Part shown: one piece after another, positions 18,407 through 27,903 of the stretch
How positions within the stretch are numbered: the stretch's first letter is position 1
Layout: every line of letters begins with the position of its first letter
Assembly (NCBI GenBank): GCA_028280285.1
Contig: JANQMA010000001.1
Coordinates: 7,184 to 71,183, forward strand
Length of the DNA stretch: 64,000 nt
Source of the DNA: Candidatus Omnitrophota bacterium
GTDB lineage: Bacteria; Omnitrophota; Gorgyraeia; Zapsychrales; Zapsychraceae
Direction of reading: 5' to 3'
Notes under the pieces: model-generated
Told to the model about the DNA's origin: nothing
What the model saw: only the letters and a program-made list of their open reading frames with translations
The model's database searches: none
Position numbers and translations under genes: made by a program

Positions 18407-18568
18407 ATGCAGATAATGCTAACTATTCTTTTCTTTGGACTTTGCTTAGCCGGAATGGCCTCCGGCCTTATTTTTGCCAAAAAAATCTTACGCAAAGGCT
18501 GCAGCGACGATCCAGACGCATGTAGATGCCGAAACGAAGGCAAAGATCCGTCTACTTGCGATAAGTAA
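18407..18568 (+). CDS. nqrM: NqrM-like (DUF539) small membrane protein, probable Na+-NQR maturation factor
   Basis: 53 aa: TM helix ending in MASGLIFAKKILRKGC, then a Cys-rich tail (CRC...C); adjacent to nqrF. Confidence 0.7.
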   Translation: MQIMLTILFFGLCLAGMASGLIFAKKILRKGCSDDPDACRCRNEGKDPSTCDK

Positions 18569-18574
18569 TAAACA

Positions 18575-18643
18575 AAAGAGCCTTAAGCTTTAAGCCCTAA
18601 GCCATAAAAAACTATGGCTTACAGCTTACGGCCTAAGGCTTTT
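18575..18643. repeat. Inverted 7-mer array between the convergent nqrM and nqrF genes
   Basis: CTTAAGC-TTTAAGC-CCTAAGC-CATA ... TATG-GCTTACA-GCTTACG-GCCTAAG-GCT. Confidence 0.8.
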
Positions 18644-18661
18644 ATCAATTTACTCAGCAAA

Positions 18662-19888
18662 CTACCCAAACGAATCAAACGCGATCATCTCTTCCGGCAC
18701 GCCTAAATCATCCAGCATATTTTGTACCGCATCAATCATCATCGGCGGCCCGCAGAGATAATATTCTATCTCTTCCGGCTCTTCATGATTCTTTAAATAA
18801 TTATCATACACCGCTTGATGAATGAACCCTGTTGGCCCATCCCAATTATCTTCAGGTAGCGCATCAGATAATGCCACATTATAAGAGAAGTTTGGAAATT
18901 CTTCAGCGATCTTCTTAAACTGATCATCATAAAACATCTCACGTTTGGAACGCGCACCATACCAGAAGCTGACCTTGCGGTCAGTCGTTTTAAGTGTGTG
19001 GAATAAATGAAAGATGTGGCTGCGCATCGGCGCCATACCGGCCCCACCGCCGATATACACCATCTCTTTTTTCGTATCTTTAATAAAGAACTCACCATAC
19101 GGACCGCTAATGGTCACCTTGTCGCCCGGCTTCATATTAAACACATAAGACGAACATTTACCCGGCGGCAAACTCATGTCGCGTGGCGGAGGTGTTGCAA
19201 TACGAATATTAAGCATAACAATGTTTCCTTCAGCAGGATGATTAGCCATTGAATATGCTCTAAAAACCGGTTCATCAATATCGCATTTTAAATCCCATAA
19301 TTTATACTGATCCCAGTCCGGATGATATTCTTTTTCAATATCAAAATCTTTAAAATTAATTTTTTGTTCTGGCACATCAATTTGAATATATCCCCCAGCT
19401 TCAAAATTAAGATTTTGACCAGGAGGTAATTCTAATACAAGTTCTTTGATAAAAGTCGCAACGTTATGATTTGAACGCACCGTACATTCAAACTTTTGAA
19501 TATTAAATATTTCTTCAGGTACATGAATCTTCATATCTTCACGCACCTTGACTTGGCAAGCTAGACGAACATTTTCTTTTTGCTCGCGGCGTGAAATAGC
19601 GCCAGTTTCCGTTGGAAGAATATCCCCGCCACCTTCCAAAACCTGACATTTACACATCGCGCATGTCCCCCCACCACCGCAAGCGGATGGAAGAAAGATA
19701 TTTTTGGTCGATAATGCCGTAAGCAGTGACGCGCCCGCGCCAACATGAAGCGGCTCAGCCCCATCATTGATTGTAATCGCACAGTCGCTTTCCCCGATGA
19801 CATTCTTCTTAACAAGAACGATCAATGCAACAAGCGCAAAGATAATTGTGCCAAAAGCGGCTGTACTCCAAATTAAATAATCTAACAC
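18662..19888 (-). CDS. nqrF: Na+-NQR subunit F
   Basis: [12 protein letters not shown] 2Fe-2S motif, [35 protein letters not shown]. Confidence 0.97.
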   Translation of the reverse strand: MLDYLIWSTAAFGTIIFALVALIVLVKKNVIGESDCAITINDGAEPLHVGAGASLLTALSTKNIFLPSACGGGGTCAMCKCQVLEGGGDILPTETGAISRREQKENVRLACQVKVREDMKIHVPEEIFNIQKFECTVRSNHNVATFIKELVLELPPGQNLNFEAGGYIQIDVPEQKINFKDFDIEKEYHPDWDQYKLWDLKCDIDEPVFRAYSMANHPAEGNIVMLNIRIATPPPRDMSLPPGKCSSYVFNMKPGDKVTISGPYGEFFIKDTKKEMVYIGGGAGMAPMRSHIFHLFHTLKTTDRKVSFWYGARSKREMFYDDQFKKIAEEFPNFSYNVALSDALPEDNWDGPTGFIHQAVYDNYLKNHEEPEEIEYYLCGPPMMIDAVQNMLDDLGVPEEMIAFDSFG

Positions 19889-19898
19889 TTATCTTCTC

Positions 19899-20519
19899 CT
19901 ATAAAGAAATACCGGCAAAACACATAAAACCCATGGCCATAAGGCCTGTCACCATAAAAGTAATGCCCAAGCCTCTAAGCGGTTTTGGCACATTAGAATA
20001 TTGCAATTTCGTACGAATAGCGGCAAGTGCCACAATCGCAAGTGCCCAGCCAATGCCGGACCCAAGACCAAAGACAACCGCTTCGCCAAAGGCATACGCG
20101 CGCTGTTCCATAAATAATGATCCACCTAAAATCGCGCAGTTAACCGCAATTAAGGGAAGAAAGACACCGAGCGATGAATAAAGCGCCGGCATAAATTTCT
20201 CGAGTATCATCTCAACAATTTGAACCATTGTCGCGATCGTCGCGATATAGGCAATGAATGTCAAAAAGCTTAAATCAATTGTCTTAAGCGATTCAATACC
20301 TGTCCATGCCCCCATCGCTCCTTCCGATAAAAAGAAATGAGTGATGGCCCAATTGAGCGGACATGTGATCGTCAAAACAAAAATAACCGCGAACCCTAAA
20401 CCGACTGCGGTCTCTATTTTTTTAGAACATGCCAAAAACGTACACATCCCGAGGAAATAAGCTAAGAGAATGTTTTCAACAAAAATGGTTTTAACCGCTA
20501 AGCTTAAATAATGTTCCAT
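19899..20519 (-). CDS. nqrE: Na+-NQR subunit E
   Basis: MEHYLSL...[29 protein letters not shown]; start placed at ATG 20519. Confidence 0.95.
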   Translation of the reverse strand: MEHYLSLAVKTIFVENILLAYFLGMCTFLACSKKIETAVGLGFAVIFVLTITCPLNWAITHFFLSEGAMGAWTGIESLKTIDLSFLTFIAYIATIATMVQIVEMILEKFMPALYSSLGVFLPLIAVNCAILGGSLFMEQRAYAFGEAVVFGLGSGIGWALAIVALAAIRTKLQYSNVPKPLRGLGITFMVTGLMAMGFMCFAGISL

Positions 20520-20520
20520 C

Positions 20521-21150
20521 TTAAGCCTCCTCCGTATAACCGCTGAAGAAACGTTGAACCCAAATAATGCCACCGATTAAAAACAATGCACTTGGCGCAA
20601 GCACCATCATCCCACAATCAACATAACCCATATCATAGAAGGCTTGCGGAATAATTTTGTATCCTAAAAGTGTTCCAGAACCGAAAAGCTCACGCGGAAC
20701 CGCAATAAGAATAAGAACAGCGCTATATCCTAACCCATTTCCTAACCCGTCCCAAAAAGACGGCAGCGGCCCATTAGCCATGGCAAATGCCTCGGCACGG
20801 CCCATAACAATACAATTGGTAATAATCAAACCAACAAAAACGCTCAGCTGTTTGCTTACATCAAACATATACGCTTTAAGCAATTGGTCCGCCAAAATAA
20901 CAAGTGTCGCAATAACAGATAATTGAACAATAACACGAATCGAATCGGGAATATGATTGCGGATAATCGAAATAACAACATTCGATAACGCAAGAACTGC
21001 GGTCAGCGCCAAACACATAACCAATGCCGTTTTAAGCTGCACCGTTACCGCCAGCGCCGAGCAAATGCCCAATACCTGTAAAGTCACAGGATTACTGTCA
21101 AGCATCGCATCTTTAATATTTTTTCTGTCTTGTTTTGTTATGACTGCCAT
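20521..21150 (-). CDS. nqrD: Na+-NQR subunit D
   Basis: [36 protein letters not shown]. Confidence 0.96.
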   Translation of the reverse strand: MAVITKQDRKNIKDAMLDSNPVTLQVLGICSALAVTVQLKTALVMCLALTAVLALSNVVISIIRNHIPDSIRVIVQLSVIATLVILADQLLKAYMFDVSKQLSVFVGLIITNCIVMGRAEAFAMANGPLPSFWDGLGNGLGYSAVLILIAVPRELFGSGTLLGYKIIPQAFYDMGYVDCGMMVLAPSALFLIGGIIWVQRFFSGYTEEA

Positions 21151-21171
21151 GATCGCCTCCTTTAAGACGAA

Positions 21172-21891
21172 CTACTTCTGTCTAATTTTGCTAAAATACG
21201 GCTCGTACTTATCTAACTCATCAACGAGCATTTCGGTCACACCTTTCGATGTAATCGTCGCACCACTAATCCCATCTACATAATATTGCTTATCGCCTTC
21301 ATTGGCAACGACATTATCAACAAAACCTTTCACAACGCTCACCGGCCTTAACTCGTTTTTCTTCAAGTCCCAGATCTTTTTGCCAACAAAGTTTTCCTGA
21401 AACCAATCTTTTTCAATCTCCGCCCCTAAACCGGGTGTCTCCCCATGCTCATAAAAAGTAATCCCACGTACTGTCATCGCATCCGGCTCGATGGAAAAGT
21501 AACCATACATCGTCGACCATAATCCTTGTCCAACAACCGGAAACGCGTAGGCCACAGCGCCTGAGTTTTCTTTATACACATAAAGCGGAAGGCTGCCATC
21601 ACCCTCTTCAATATCTTCGACCGTCTTACCTTCTAATACTTGCCCATCCGTATTAAGAATAATCTCTTCAATCTTTTCATCATATGTATTTAAAATATCA
21701 TCAATTGTCGCGCCGTCACCCAATGGTTCGCGCAGAGAAACAACCTTTAAAATATTTTTCTTTTTATCAAGGGCAACATTAAGCTGCTGCTTTGTCTTTA
21801 GGCTTTGGGAAACGAACGTCAAAATAAAGCTGCAGATCAAACAAACGATCAGTGCAAAACCGAATATATATTTAGCGGCATTCTTATCCAC
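21172..21891 (-). CDS. nqrC: Na+-NQR subunit C
   Basis: GQGLWS, HGETPGLGAEI, DGISGATITS (FMN-Thr); GTG start 21891 inferred. Confidence 0.94.
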   Translation of the reverse strand: MDKNAAKYIFGFALIVCLICSFILTFVSQSLKTKQQLNVALDKKKNILKVVSLREPLGDGATIDDILNTYDEKIEEIILNTDGQVLEGKTVEDIEEGDGSLPLYVYKENSGAVAYAFPVVGQGLWSTMYGYFSIEPDAMTVRGITFYEHGETPGLGAEIEKDWFQENFVGKKIWDLKKNELRPVSVVKGFVDNVVANEGDKQYYVDGISGATITSKGVTEMLVDELDKYEPYFSKIRQK

Positions 21892-23047
21892 GCGCCGATC
21901 TCCTCTTGATTTGAGCCTGAACAACAAAATGATCGATCGTCGGCGCAAAGACGTTCATAAATAAAATCGCCAACATCACCCCTTCCGGATAAGCAGGGTT
22001 GACCATACGGATAAGCACAACCAAAGCACCGATGAGAATCCCGTAAATCCAGCGTCCAGCGTCTGTCGCCGACGATGAGACGGGGTCTGTCGCCATAAAC
22101 ACAGCACCAAAGGCAAAACCACCCATAATCAAATGCCACTGTGGTGGCAACGAAAAGAAGGCTAATGAATTTTCACCTTTAAATAACCCAAAGAAAAGAC
22201 TCATTGCAACAAGTCCTATCACACATCCGGCCATAACACGCCAACTCGCTACTCTCGTAATAAGTAAAAACGCCAAGCCTAAAAGACAGGCGAGCGCGGA
22301 CGTCTCACCAATTGATCCTGGAATAAATCCTAAAAAGACATCTTGAAATGTGTATCCTGCGTTTTGAATGGCTTCCACCGCATCCGTCCCGCGCTCCGCA
22401 ATGGCAGCCACTGCAAGCGGTGTGGCCTTAGAAAATCCGTCGACTGCCGCCCAAACAGCATCACCCGACATCTGCGCCGGATAAGCAAAAAAGACAAACG
22501 CCCGCGCTGTCAGCGCCGGATTTAAAACATTGTATCCCGTTCCACCAAAAATCTCTTTTCCGATCACAACCCCAAAAGAAATCCCAACGGCGACTTGCCA
22601 CAGTGGAATTGTCGGCGGGAGTGTCAACGCAAATAAAATACCGGTCACCAAAAACCCTTCATTGATCTCATGATTGCGGACAATCGCAAATAAACCTTCC
22701 CATAAACCGCCCACCGCATACGTTACAATAATAATAGGAAGCACTTTAAGGGCTCCGGCGCCAAAGCACGCTAAAACAGAATACTCGAGCCCCTCGGCAA
22801 CAGACATTTGATAACCGACATTATACATCCCCATCAAAATACAAGGCGTCAGCGCAAGGACAACAAAGATCATCACACGCTTGATATCAACAGCGTCACG
22901 CACATGCGGTGCTTGTTTGGTCGTCTTCCCAGGGGTAAGCAAAAATGTATCTAAAGCATCAAATAAAGGAAACATTTTTTCTAGAGGTTTGCCTTTAGAA
23001 AAATACTTTTCTTCAATCTCTTTAGAAATTTTCGCGAACAAACTCAT
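21884..23047 (-). CDS. nqrB: Na+-NQR subunit B
   Basis: PHVRDAVDIKRVM, KEIFGGTG, DGFSKATPL (FMN-Thr), GSIGETS, MATDPVS; ATG 23047 inferred. Confidence 0.95.
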   Translation of the reverse strand: MSLFAKISKEIEEKYFSKGKPLEKMFPLFDALDTFLLTPGKTTKQAPHVRDAVDIKRVMIFVVLALTPCILMGMYNVGYQMSVAEGLEYSVLACFGAGALKVLPIIIVTYAVGGLWEGLFAIVRNHEINEGFLVTGILFALTLPPTIPLWQVAVGISFGVVIGKEIFGGTGYNVLNPALTARAFVFFAYPAQMSGDAVWAAVDGFSKATPLAVAAIAERGTDAVEAIQNAGYTFQDVFLGFIPGSIGETSALACLLGLAFLLITRVASWRVMAGCVIGLVAMSLFFGLFKGENSLAFFSLPPQWHLIMGGFAFGAVFMATDPVSSSATDAGRWIYGILIGALVVLIRMVNPAYPEGVMLAILFMNVFAPTIDHFVVQAQIKRRSARG

Positions 23048-23049
23048 AA

Positions 23050-24399
23050 TTAGCCTTCTTTTTGAATAACGTCCAGTCCTTGACGGATAATAGCGCCCAC
23101 CTCTGTTTTCGAAGGACAGGCAAATGTACATAAAGCAAAATCTTCTTCATCCACTTCCAAAATGCCCATTGCTTCCGCCGATTCAATGTCATTGGCAATC
23201 ACGGCCTTTAGCAGAAAATAGACCGGAATATCAAGAGGCACATACTTATCATACAAATGATTACACACAATAGCGCGCTCGCCGCCATTCGTGTCGGCAT
23301 CAAGGGAATACTCTGCTCTTGGAACAAAAGCCGACGCATAGGTATTAGAAAGCGTATATAAATCAAATCCCGGAACCAACCACCCTAACAAGCGTCTATC
23401 TCCTCCCTCTGGAATAATGGTCACTTGTGAGTCGTAAAAGCAGACATATCCATCGGCACCAACACTTTTGCCTGATAACACACTCCCTGAAATGCATCTT
23501 TGTCCCATCAAATCGCTTCCTGCCGTTAAATCTTTAATCGACGCGCCTATTATTGTCTTGGCATAATATCTTTTTTCGACCCCTTCTCCTGTGACCGCGA
23601 CATATTTTTCGACTGGATGCGTGCCTGTTAAAAGAAGTTGGCCGATGCGCACAACATCTTGCGCTTCGACATACCAAACCGTGTCGCCTTTTTCGATTTT
23701 ATCGATATTGTAAATATGGGTGCTGACATTCCCTGCCGGATGTGGCCCGGAAAACCGGTGTGTAATTACATTTTGAGCTTCTGTCAGAACCTTGGATTTG
23801 GCGTCTGGTGCTGTACAAAGAAATACTTCCCCTTGTGTCAGTGTTTTAAGCGCATCAAGGCCTGCTTGAAATTCTTTCTCAAGCCCCTCAAGAACAACAT
23901 CAACATCCATCGCGAGTGGATCAGTGTTAACGGCCCGAACAAATATACTTTTCGGCTCTGCTGATGTATCGGCAATGCAAGAAAACGGTCTTTGGCGCAC
24001 AGCCGGCCAAAGACCGCCGGAAAGAAGAGCTTTGATCACATCACTTTTGGCTAAACGCGCAATTTCCTCAGCCCTAAACGTTGCAAAGGCCTCGGCATCC
24101 TGATTGCCATCGGTTTTGATCACAATTTCCATAAGGGCACGTTTCGCCCCACGGGTAATCGCCTCGACCGTGCCGCTGGCCGGGGATAAAAATGCTATAT
24201 CTTCATTGGTTTTATCTATGAAAAGTTTTGAGCCGACTTTAACGCTGTCACCCACTTTGACCGCCAGGCGCGGTTTAATGCCGCGAAAGTCTTGTGGCTG
24301 AAGGGCAATTGTCGACGGGAAAGGAAGCTCGACAACTTCTTTGGCCGCTTGGCCTTTAATCTTTAGATCTTTACCTTTTTTAATCTGGAACTCTGCCAT
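23050..24399 (-). CDS. nqrA: Na+-NQR subunit A
   Basis: IKKGKDLKIKG, SPASGTV, RQRPF, GPHPAGNV, EEDFALCTFACPSK. Confidence 0.95.
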   Translation of the reverse strand: MAEFQIKKGKDLKIKGQAAKEVVELPFPSTIALQPQDFRGIKPRLAVKVGDSVKVGSKLFIDKTNEDIAFLSPASGTVEAITRGAKRALMEIVIKTDGNQDAEAFATFRAEEIARLAKSDVIKALLSGGLWPAVRQRPFSCIADTSAEPKSIFVRAVNTDPLAMDVDVVLEGLEKEFQAGLDALKTLTQGEVFLCTAPDAKSKVLTEAQNVITHRFSGPHPAGNVSTHIYNIDKIEKGDTVWYVEAQDVVRIGQLLLTGTHPVEKYVAVTGEGVEKRYYAKTIIGASIKDLTAGSDLMGQRCISGSVLSGKSVGADGYVCFYDSQVTIIPEGGDRRLLGWLVPGFDLYTLSNTYASAFVPRAEYSLDADTNGGERAIVCNHLYDKYVPLDIPVYFLLKAVIANDIESAEAMGILEVDEEDFALCTFACPSKTEVGAIIRQGLDVIQKEG

Positions 24400-24546
24400 A
24401 AAGGTTTCTTCGATTAAATGAAAACTAAAAAATTAAATTCTTATTTAGAAAAGACGATGGTGAAAGAAATAACTTTACATTATTATACATGGATGTCAAG
24501 TCTCGTCTTTAAAAATAGGAATTATTTTAGATGGTGACTTGTGGCT

Positions 24547-25650
24547 TTAAAAGGCGTTTAGGATCGCATCGATATCCACATACTGCTTGACCAGGCGGGC
24601 GGCCTCAGCGATTTTGTCCTTATCTTTCTTTTGGATCTTACAGATCAAATTCTCCAGCTGCGCGGCCACTGTATATGTGTCTAGATCAGTCACAAGGATT
24701 GGAATTTCACTTTTTTTAAGCAAATCAATAATCTTTCGGTTAGGCATAAGGCCTCCGGTCAAAATAATGCCCGAAATATGGACACTTTCACCCCCTTTGA
24801 CCAAATGCGAGCTAACCGCAAGCAAAATATTGTCTACCCGGTCCCCTGAAGTCAGAACAAGGGTGCCTCCAGTCAGATAGTGGATCATATTATGCGGTTC
24901 CATCGCCGCAACAATAGTGTTGGTGACTCTACGCGAGATAGCCTTTTTGCCGCATAGAATGGTTAGCCCGAGCCTGCGCATGACCTGCTCAATGGTTGGA
25001 CTACTTAAAAGCGGTTGAACCGGGATAACTCCCAAGAGCTTAATGCCTTTATTCTTGAGGCCTCGTTTAAGCGATTTTTTTATACGTGCGTACTTATCAT
25101 GCCGTACTTTGTTAATAACAACGCCAATGACCTCTACCCCCCGCAAATCAAAAAGGGCCTTATTGAGCATGATTTCATCAATGGCCTTGCCAATACCGCC
25201 TTCACTGACAATAATCGCCTTCGTCCCCAAGAGTGCTGCCACATCGGCATTCGAATGATCGATGACAGACCCAACACCGGCATGGCCGGTGCCTTCGACC
25301 ACCATGACTGAATGGCCTTTTTTAAGATAGTGATAGGAATCTAAAATTTTCTTTTTAACTTTTTCATCATTCGGATTGAAAATATATTTTTCCGTCGCCC
25401 CGCGGCCGATTGTGACCGGGCTCATCTTGGCATATTCGCGGCTTGTTTTAAACACCTCGCCGATCAGATAAGAATCTTTATCGATATTAACCTTACCGAC
25501 ATTGACGACCTCTTGGCCGACCGGTTTTATGAATGATGTTTTAATCCGACGAGATTTAAGTGCCTTAAACAACCCTAAACACATAGTTGTTTTACCGGCG
25601 TTTTGATGAATGGAGGAAATGAAAATACTTTTAACAGGTGTGTCGGGCAT
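24547..25650 (-). CDS. BioD-like P-loop plus DRTGG domain protein (phosphotransacetylase N-terminal region only)
   Basis: NAGKTT P-loop, VEGTGHAGVGS, SGDRVD and ILTGG; no PTA catalytic domain. Confidence 0.85.
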   Translation of the reverse strand: MPDTPVKSIFISSIHQNAGKTTMCLGLFKALKSRRIKTSFIKPVGQEVVNVGKVNIDKDSYLIGEVFKTSREYAKMSPVTIGRGATEKYIFNPNDEKVKKKILDSYHYLKKGHSVMVVEGTGHAGVGSVIDHSNADVAALLGTKAIIVSEGGIGKAIDEIMLNKALFDLRGVEVIGVVINKVRHDKYARIKKSLKRGLKNKGIKLLGVIPVQPLLSSPTIEQVMRRLGLTILCGKKAISRRVTNTIVAAMEPHNMIHYLTGGTLVLTSGDRVDNILLAVSSHLVKGGESVHISGIILTGGLMPNRKIIDLLKKSEIPILVTDLDTYTVAAQLENLICKIQKKDKDKIAEAARLVKQYVDIDAILNAF

Positions 25651-25671
25651 CCCAAAGACCTTATGCTATCT

Positions 25672-26544
25672 TTATAACCCCAGCTTTTCTTTAAATAATG
25701 CAGGTATTTCGTCAGGAAAGTCAACGACTGTCGCGCCGGCATCTTCCAATATCGCACGCTTGGCCTCGGCCGTGCCGTCACCGGAAGAGATGATGGCCCC
25801 GGCATGACCCATGCGTTTGCCTTTAGGCGCTGTGCGCCCAGCAATAAAAGAGACGACCGGCTTAGTCACATGTTCTTTGATATATTTCGCCGCAATCTGT
25901 TCGTCCTCGCCACCAATTTCGCCAACCATCACAATCCCTTTTGTCTCGGGGTCATTTTGAAACATTTCAAGGACATCAATAAAGCGTGTTCCGATAATCG
26001 GATCACCGCCAATGCCCACACAACTCGTCTGTCCGATATCAGCCATTGTCAGATTATAGACAACTTCGTAGGTTAATGTGCCGCTGCGTGATACCACACC
26101 GATCGGACCCGGTTTGTGAATATGTCCCGGCATAATCCCAACCTTGCATTTGCCCGGCGATATAACGCCCGGACAATTAGGTCCGATAAGGCGAATATTC
26201 GTGCCTTCCATTTTTTTACGGACTTCCACCATATCTAAAACAGGCAAGCCTTCTGTAATACAAATGATTAATTCCATACCGGCCTCAATATCTTCAATCA
26301 TCGCCGCTTTGGCAAATTTGGCCGGGACATAAATGATCGCGAGATTCGCGCCTGTTTTTTCACGTGCTTCGGCCACCGTATCGAAAACAGGAATGCCATG
26401 CACCTCTTGGCCACCCTTGCCGGGCGTTACGCCGGCCACCACATTGGTGCCATAAGCCTTCATCTGCTCGGCGTGAAAAGAACCATCACGGCCGGTAATC
26501 CCCTGAACAAGAACCTTTGTATTTTCGTTAACAAGTACACTCAT
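25672..26544 (-). CDS. sucD: Succinyl-CoA synthetase alpha subunit
   Basis: [35 protein letters not shown] (phospho-His). Confidence 0.95.
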   Translation of the reverse strand: MSVLVNENTKVLVQGITGRDGSFHAEQMKAYGTNVVAGVTPGKGGQEVHGIPVFDTVAEAREKTGANLAIIYVPAKFAKAAMIEDIEAGMELIICITEGLPVLDMVEVRKKMEGTNIRLIGPNCPGVISPGKCKVGIMPGHIHKPGPIGVVSRSGTLTYEVVYNLTMADIGQTSCVGIGGDPIIGTRFIDVLEMFQNDPETKGIVMVGEIGGEDEQIAAKYIKEHVTKPVVSFIAGRTAPKGKRMGHAGAIISSGDGTAEAKRAILEDAGATVVDFPDEIPALFKEKLGL

Positions 26545-26586
26545 AATCTAAATTATTTTAACCTACATACTATAATCTGTAATTCG

Positions 26587-26650
26587 AGGTTTTAGGTGTA
26601 AGGTTTTGGGTTTTAGTCGACTAACACCTAGCACCTAAAACCTAACACCC
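26587..26650. repeat. Inverted 7-mer array (GGTTTTA-like)n...(TAAAACC-like)n between sucC and sucD
   Basis: GGTTTTA-GGTGTAA-GGTTTTG-GGTTTTA-GTCGAC-TAACACC-TAGCACC-TAAAACC-TAACACC; near-copy at 30370-30428. Confidence 0.9.
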
Positions 26651-26682
26651 TTTGTTGTAGCCTATGCTACAACTATGCCTGC

Positions 26683-27816
26683 TTAAGCCTGCGACAAAGA
26701 CACAACCTTCTCAACAGCTTCGCGCATGGTGGCATAGGTTTCCACACCATTTTGAGAAAGAAGCTCTTTGGCCTCTGTTTCATTTGTTCCGGTCAGCCTT
26801 ACAACAAGCGGCACCGGAAGATCAATTTGATCGCGTGCTTGTAAAATACCTTTAGCAATATCATCACAACGCGTGATGCCGCCAAAAATATTAATCAAGA
26901 TCGCTTTAATATCTTTATTGCGCAAAATAATGTTAAGCGCGTTTAAAACTTTCTCCGGGTTTGAGCTTCCCCCGACATCCAAAAAGTTAGCCGGGTTTCC
27001 TCCGGCAAGCTTGACAATATCCATTGTTGCCATGGCAAGTCCCGCGCCATTAACAATACACCCAACATTTCCCTCGAGCTTAACAAAACTTAAATTTTTC
27101 TCTTTGGCCTCCAACTCATCGGCATCTTCATAGGTCATATCACGCAGATCATTAAGCTCGGCATGACGTTCCAGCGCATTTTCATCAAAATTAATTTTGG
27201 CATCCGCCGCAAGCAGATTACCTTCACCGTCAATCACCAAAGGATTGATCTCGGCAATAGAGCAATCATTATCAAAGAAAACCTGAACAAGTTTTTGAAA
27301 AATGTCGGTGGCAATATCTTGATGCGTTTTATCATCAAAAATGCTTGTGATAAAACCTTGGAAGCGATCAAGGTCGAGAGTCCTCTCGCCTTGTAAATAA
27401 TATTTTTTAATAGCGTCGGGATTGGTTTTGGCGACTTCTTCGATTTCCACGCCGCCTTCGGCGCTGGCAATAAGCACAACATCGTTTTTGCCGGGATCAA
27501 CCGTGATGCCGATATAAAATTCTTTTTTGATATCAATCGCGCGGACAACAGCGACTTTCTCGACAGGGTAACCACCAATCTTAAGTTCACGGAGCTGGGC
27601 AAAAGTGGATATAAGCGTCTCTTTATCCTGCACAACCTTGATGCCGCCGGCCTTGCCTCGACCACCGACGAGCACCTGTGATTTAAGCACAACCGGATAG
27701 CCTGACTCCTCAGCAATGGCCACAGCTTCTTCCGCTTCAGAGGCTACTTTGCCGCTGGCAACCGGAATGCCGGCTTTCTTAAAAATTTCTATGGCTTGAT
27801 ATTCGTGGATTTTCAT
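26683..27816 (-). CDS. sucC: Succinyl-CoA synthetase beta subunit
   Basis: MKIHEYQA, GGRGKAGG, EINPL, NGAGLAMATMD, PANFLDVGG, NIFGGITRCD. Confidence 0.95.
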   Translation of the reverse strand: MKIHEYQAIEIFKKAGIPVASGKVASEAEEAVAIAEESGYPVVLKSQVLVGGRGKAGGIKVVQDKETLISTFAQLRELKIGGYPVEKVAVVRAIDIKKEFYIGITVDPGKNDVVLIASAEGGVEIEEVAKTNPDAIKKYYLQGERTLDLDRFQGFITSIFDDKTHQDIATDIFQKLVQVFFDNDCSIAEINPLVIDGEGNLLAADAKINFDENALERHAELNDLRDMTYEDADELEAKEKNLSFVKLEGNVGCIVNGAGLAMATMDIVKLAGGNPANFLDVGGSSNPEKVLNALNIILRNKDIKAILINIFGGITRCDDIAKGILQARDQIDLPVPLVVRLTGTNETEAKELLSQNGVETYATMREAVEKVVSLSQA

Positions 27817-27863
27817 TATGAAAAATCATAACACACACAAAGCGTTTTCCAAGAAAAATGTAT

Positions 27864-27903
27864 TAAAATAAAGCCACACGAACCTCGTAGGTTCGTGTGG
27901 CTT
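27864..27903 (-). terminator. Terminator after the GH65 gene
   Basis: Perfect 15-bp stem AAGCCACACGAACCT/AGGTTCGTGTGGCTT followed by TATTTT. Confidence 0.7.
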
